Made by a program: the position numbers and the translations under genes
Notes under the pieces: generated by a model
Told to the model about the DNA's origin: nothing
What the model saw: the letters and a program-made list of their open reading frames with translations, nothing else
Database searches by the model: none
Shown here: positions 62,460 to 64,000 of the stretch, piece after piece
Position numbering within the stretch: position 1 is the stretch's first letter
Layout of the letters: each line of letters begins with the position of its first letter
Assembly: GCA_965237955.1 (NCBI GenBank)
Contig: OZ250169.1
Location: 6,240,001 to 6,304,000, forward strand
Direction: 5' to 3'
DNA: 64,000 bases
Source: Candidatus Marinacidobacterales bacterium
GTDB lineage: Bacteria; Acidobacteriota; Vicinamibacteria; Marinacidobacterales; SMYC01

Positions 62460-62490
62460 GCTGATGGCCGATGGCTGACGGCTGATAGCA
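62460..62490. repeat. Heptamer array (GCYGAYG)x4 between convergent genes
   Basis: gctgatg gccgatg gctgacg gctgata. Confidence 0.8.
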
Positions 62491-62494
62491 GGCT

Positions 62495-63286
62495 CTAAGT
62501 AACACCCAACGCTTCGAGGGCTTCTTCAATCGTCTCGAACCACGTCTGCGCCATCATCTCGTAGCCGATGTTGTTGGGGTGCACGCCGTCGGAACCCTGC
62601 CCGCGGAAATCGTTGGCCGCCGCCTTCTCGTGATCCGCGATCACAACGTTTTTCCCCTTCGCCTCCTGACGGATGACGTCGTTGAGGCGGGCGATGTTCT
62701 CGATGGCGAACACGCGAAACCCGTCGGGGTTGACCGGAGGATAGGTCCCGATGATGGGGAACTTTCCGCGAAGCTGGACGATCCGCATCATCTCGGCGAT
62801 ATTGGTTCGGACGACGGGAAACCTCACGACCTCGACGTTGACGTCGACAATCCCGGTAAGGATGAGCACGACATCGGGATCGTGGCGGCGGATCATCGTG
62901 TCGATGCGGTCGAGGGCCTCTCGGGTGTTCTCGCCCCCGACGCCCTCGGTGACGAGCTCGAATCCAGTGCCATAGCGCTCTTCGAGGCGTCGCCAAAGCT
63001 TGGGAACGTATCCCTCGGCCATGGTCAATTCCGTCCGAAGCCCGCCGTCACCACCGCTGTGCTGAGTGACGCCAACGGTTACGCTGTCGCCGAAGCACAG
63101 AATTTTCTGAAAGGGGAAATTGTCCGGTATTTGCGCGCGGCGGTTTTCACTCAACCCCGCTGACGTCGATCCGGAATTGGTGAGCGCCACTGTCTCGGGC
63201 GCGACGGGTGAGCGGTCGCCCCCACAACCCACGCTGATGAAGATTCCAAGGAGTATACCTATGGTGCCTGTGGTGCTGGTCCTCAT
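62495..63286 (-). CDS. SGNH/GDSL hydrolase lipoprotein
   Basis: GDSVT, GVGGENT, DGVHPN; lipobox SVGC; start re-set to MRTSTT. Confidence 0.85.
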   Translation of the reverse strand: MRTSTTGTIGILLGIFISVGCGGDRSPVAPETVALTNSGSTSAGLSENRRAQIPDNFPFQKILCFGDSVTVGVTQHSGGDGGLRTELTMAEGYVPKLWRRLEERYGTGFELVTEGVGGENTREALDRIDTMIRRHDPDVVLILTGIVDVNVEVVRFPVVRTNIAEMMRIVQLRGKFPIIGTYPPVNPDGFRVFAIENIARLNDVIRQEAKGKNVVIADHEKAAANDFRGQGSDGVHPNNIGYEMMAQTWFETIEEALEALGVT

Positions 63287-63289
63287 TAT

Positions 63290-63463
63290 CAAATACGCTC
63301 CTCCAACTCTTTGCTGATCTCGCGCGCGAAGTCGCGCTTCGTCGACGTGTGCGAACTCTCCATTTTGATACAGAATGCTCCCGTTGACAACGACAGTGCG
63401 CACCCGGCCCATGCCCGGGCTCGAAAAGAGGTGCTCCGCGAGATTCGATTCGTGGAGAATCAT
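63290..63463 (-). pseudogene. Internally deleted amidohydrolase (SsnA/MTA-deaminase-like) remnant
   Basis: ATGA-coupled MIL joined to NLAEHL...VRTVVVNGSILYQNGEFAHVDEARLRA, a typical amidohydrolase C-terminus. Confidence 0.6.
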
Positions 63464-63999
63464 GAACCGAAGATGCCGTTTTCACGGAGTCTTCGGAGCG
63501 TTTGGTCGTCCACCCCGAGCCGCTCCCTCAGAACCGACTCCGTGTGCTCCCCTAACATCGGCGGTGGAAGGTGGTCGCGCTCGCCGGCTTCCGAGAGTTT
63601 GATGGGGTTCCCCGTCAGAGGAAGCGCTCCGAGCTTCGGGTGATCGACGCTCAACCGCATATTGCGGGGCTCGACCTGGGGGTTCGCAAATACTTCGGCA
63701 ACATTCCGAACTCTCCCGACGGGAATTCCCTCCTCGTCGAGGATCTCGACCCACGCATCGGTCGTCTTCGACGCGAAGATCGGTTGGAGGAGAGCGCGAA
63801 GCTCACCGTAACGCATGACTCGATCGGAGTTGATCTCGAACTCCGGAACGTCCAAAGGGGCCAACTCGGCAACGGCCACGAGTCGTTTCCACAGTGAGTC
63901 GTTGCCCGCTCCTATTATCACGTAGGAGTCCTTGGTGCGGAACGTCTCGTACGGTGTCAGGGACGAGTGACGGTTCCCGAGCCGCGTGGGAACATCCCC
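63460..63999 (-). CDS. CaiB/BaiF family CoA transferase (5' part outside window)
   Basis: RLGNRH...PYETFRTKD, GNPIKLS, PPPMLGEHT. Confidence 0.9.
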   Translation of the reverse strand, partial: GDVPTRLGNRHSSLTPYETFRTKDSYVIIGAGNDSLWKRLVAVAELAPLDVPEFEINSDRVMRYGELRALLQPIFASKTTDAWVEILDEEGIPVGRVRNVAEVFANPQVEPRNMRLSVDHPKLGALPLTGNPIKLSEAGERDHLPPPMLGEHTESVLRERLGVDDQTLRRLRENGIFGS

Positions 64000-64000
64000 C

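Overview
GC-rich bacterial chromosome segment. Gene content and protein styles suggest Acidobacteriota, probably Vicinamibacteria-like (inference). It is mostly housekeeping: the 3' part of an Mrp/Mnh antiporter operon, rpsT, holA-lptE-leuS, mutY, yceD-rpmF-fabD-fabG-acpP-fabF, miaA-hfq, nusB-lysS-lolE-lolD-clpC-bamA-skp-fabZ-lpxA-lpxI-gnnA-like, and a nucleoside salvage cluster (upp, pdp, nupC, punA, cdd, hpt, rpiB, deoC) followed by yqeC-mocA. The ORF track misses or misreads several signals. (1) A DsbA-like lipoprotein has an in-frame UGA in a UPFC active site followed by a SECIS-like hairpin, and a competing hairpin could bury the UGA. (2) An apparently non-coding ~220-nt structured transcript has a sigma54 promoter, an IHF-like site and an intrinsic terminator (18.9-19.15 kb). 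(3) RpiB and DeoC carry microcompartment-type N-terminal extensions, with no shell genes in the window. (4) A kinase/acidic linker/J-domain/TPR protein has a sigma54 promoter and is split by one extra base. (5) An HDAC gene abuts a gene for a VOC protein with a histone-like Lys-rich tail. (6) Two gutted genes (hbd-like, ssnA-like) keep only their first and last codons. (7) Several families of 6-, 7- and 8-mer palindromic repeats occur, and one pair brackets lolD. (8) Four small proteins are not correctly called. No rRNA, tRNA, CRISPR array or transposase was seen. All family assignments are from motif recognition; no database search was run.
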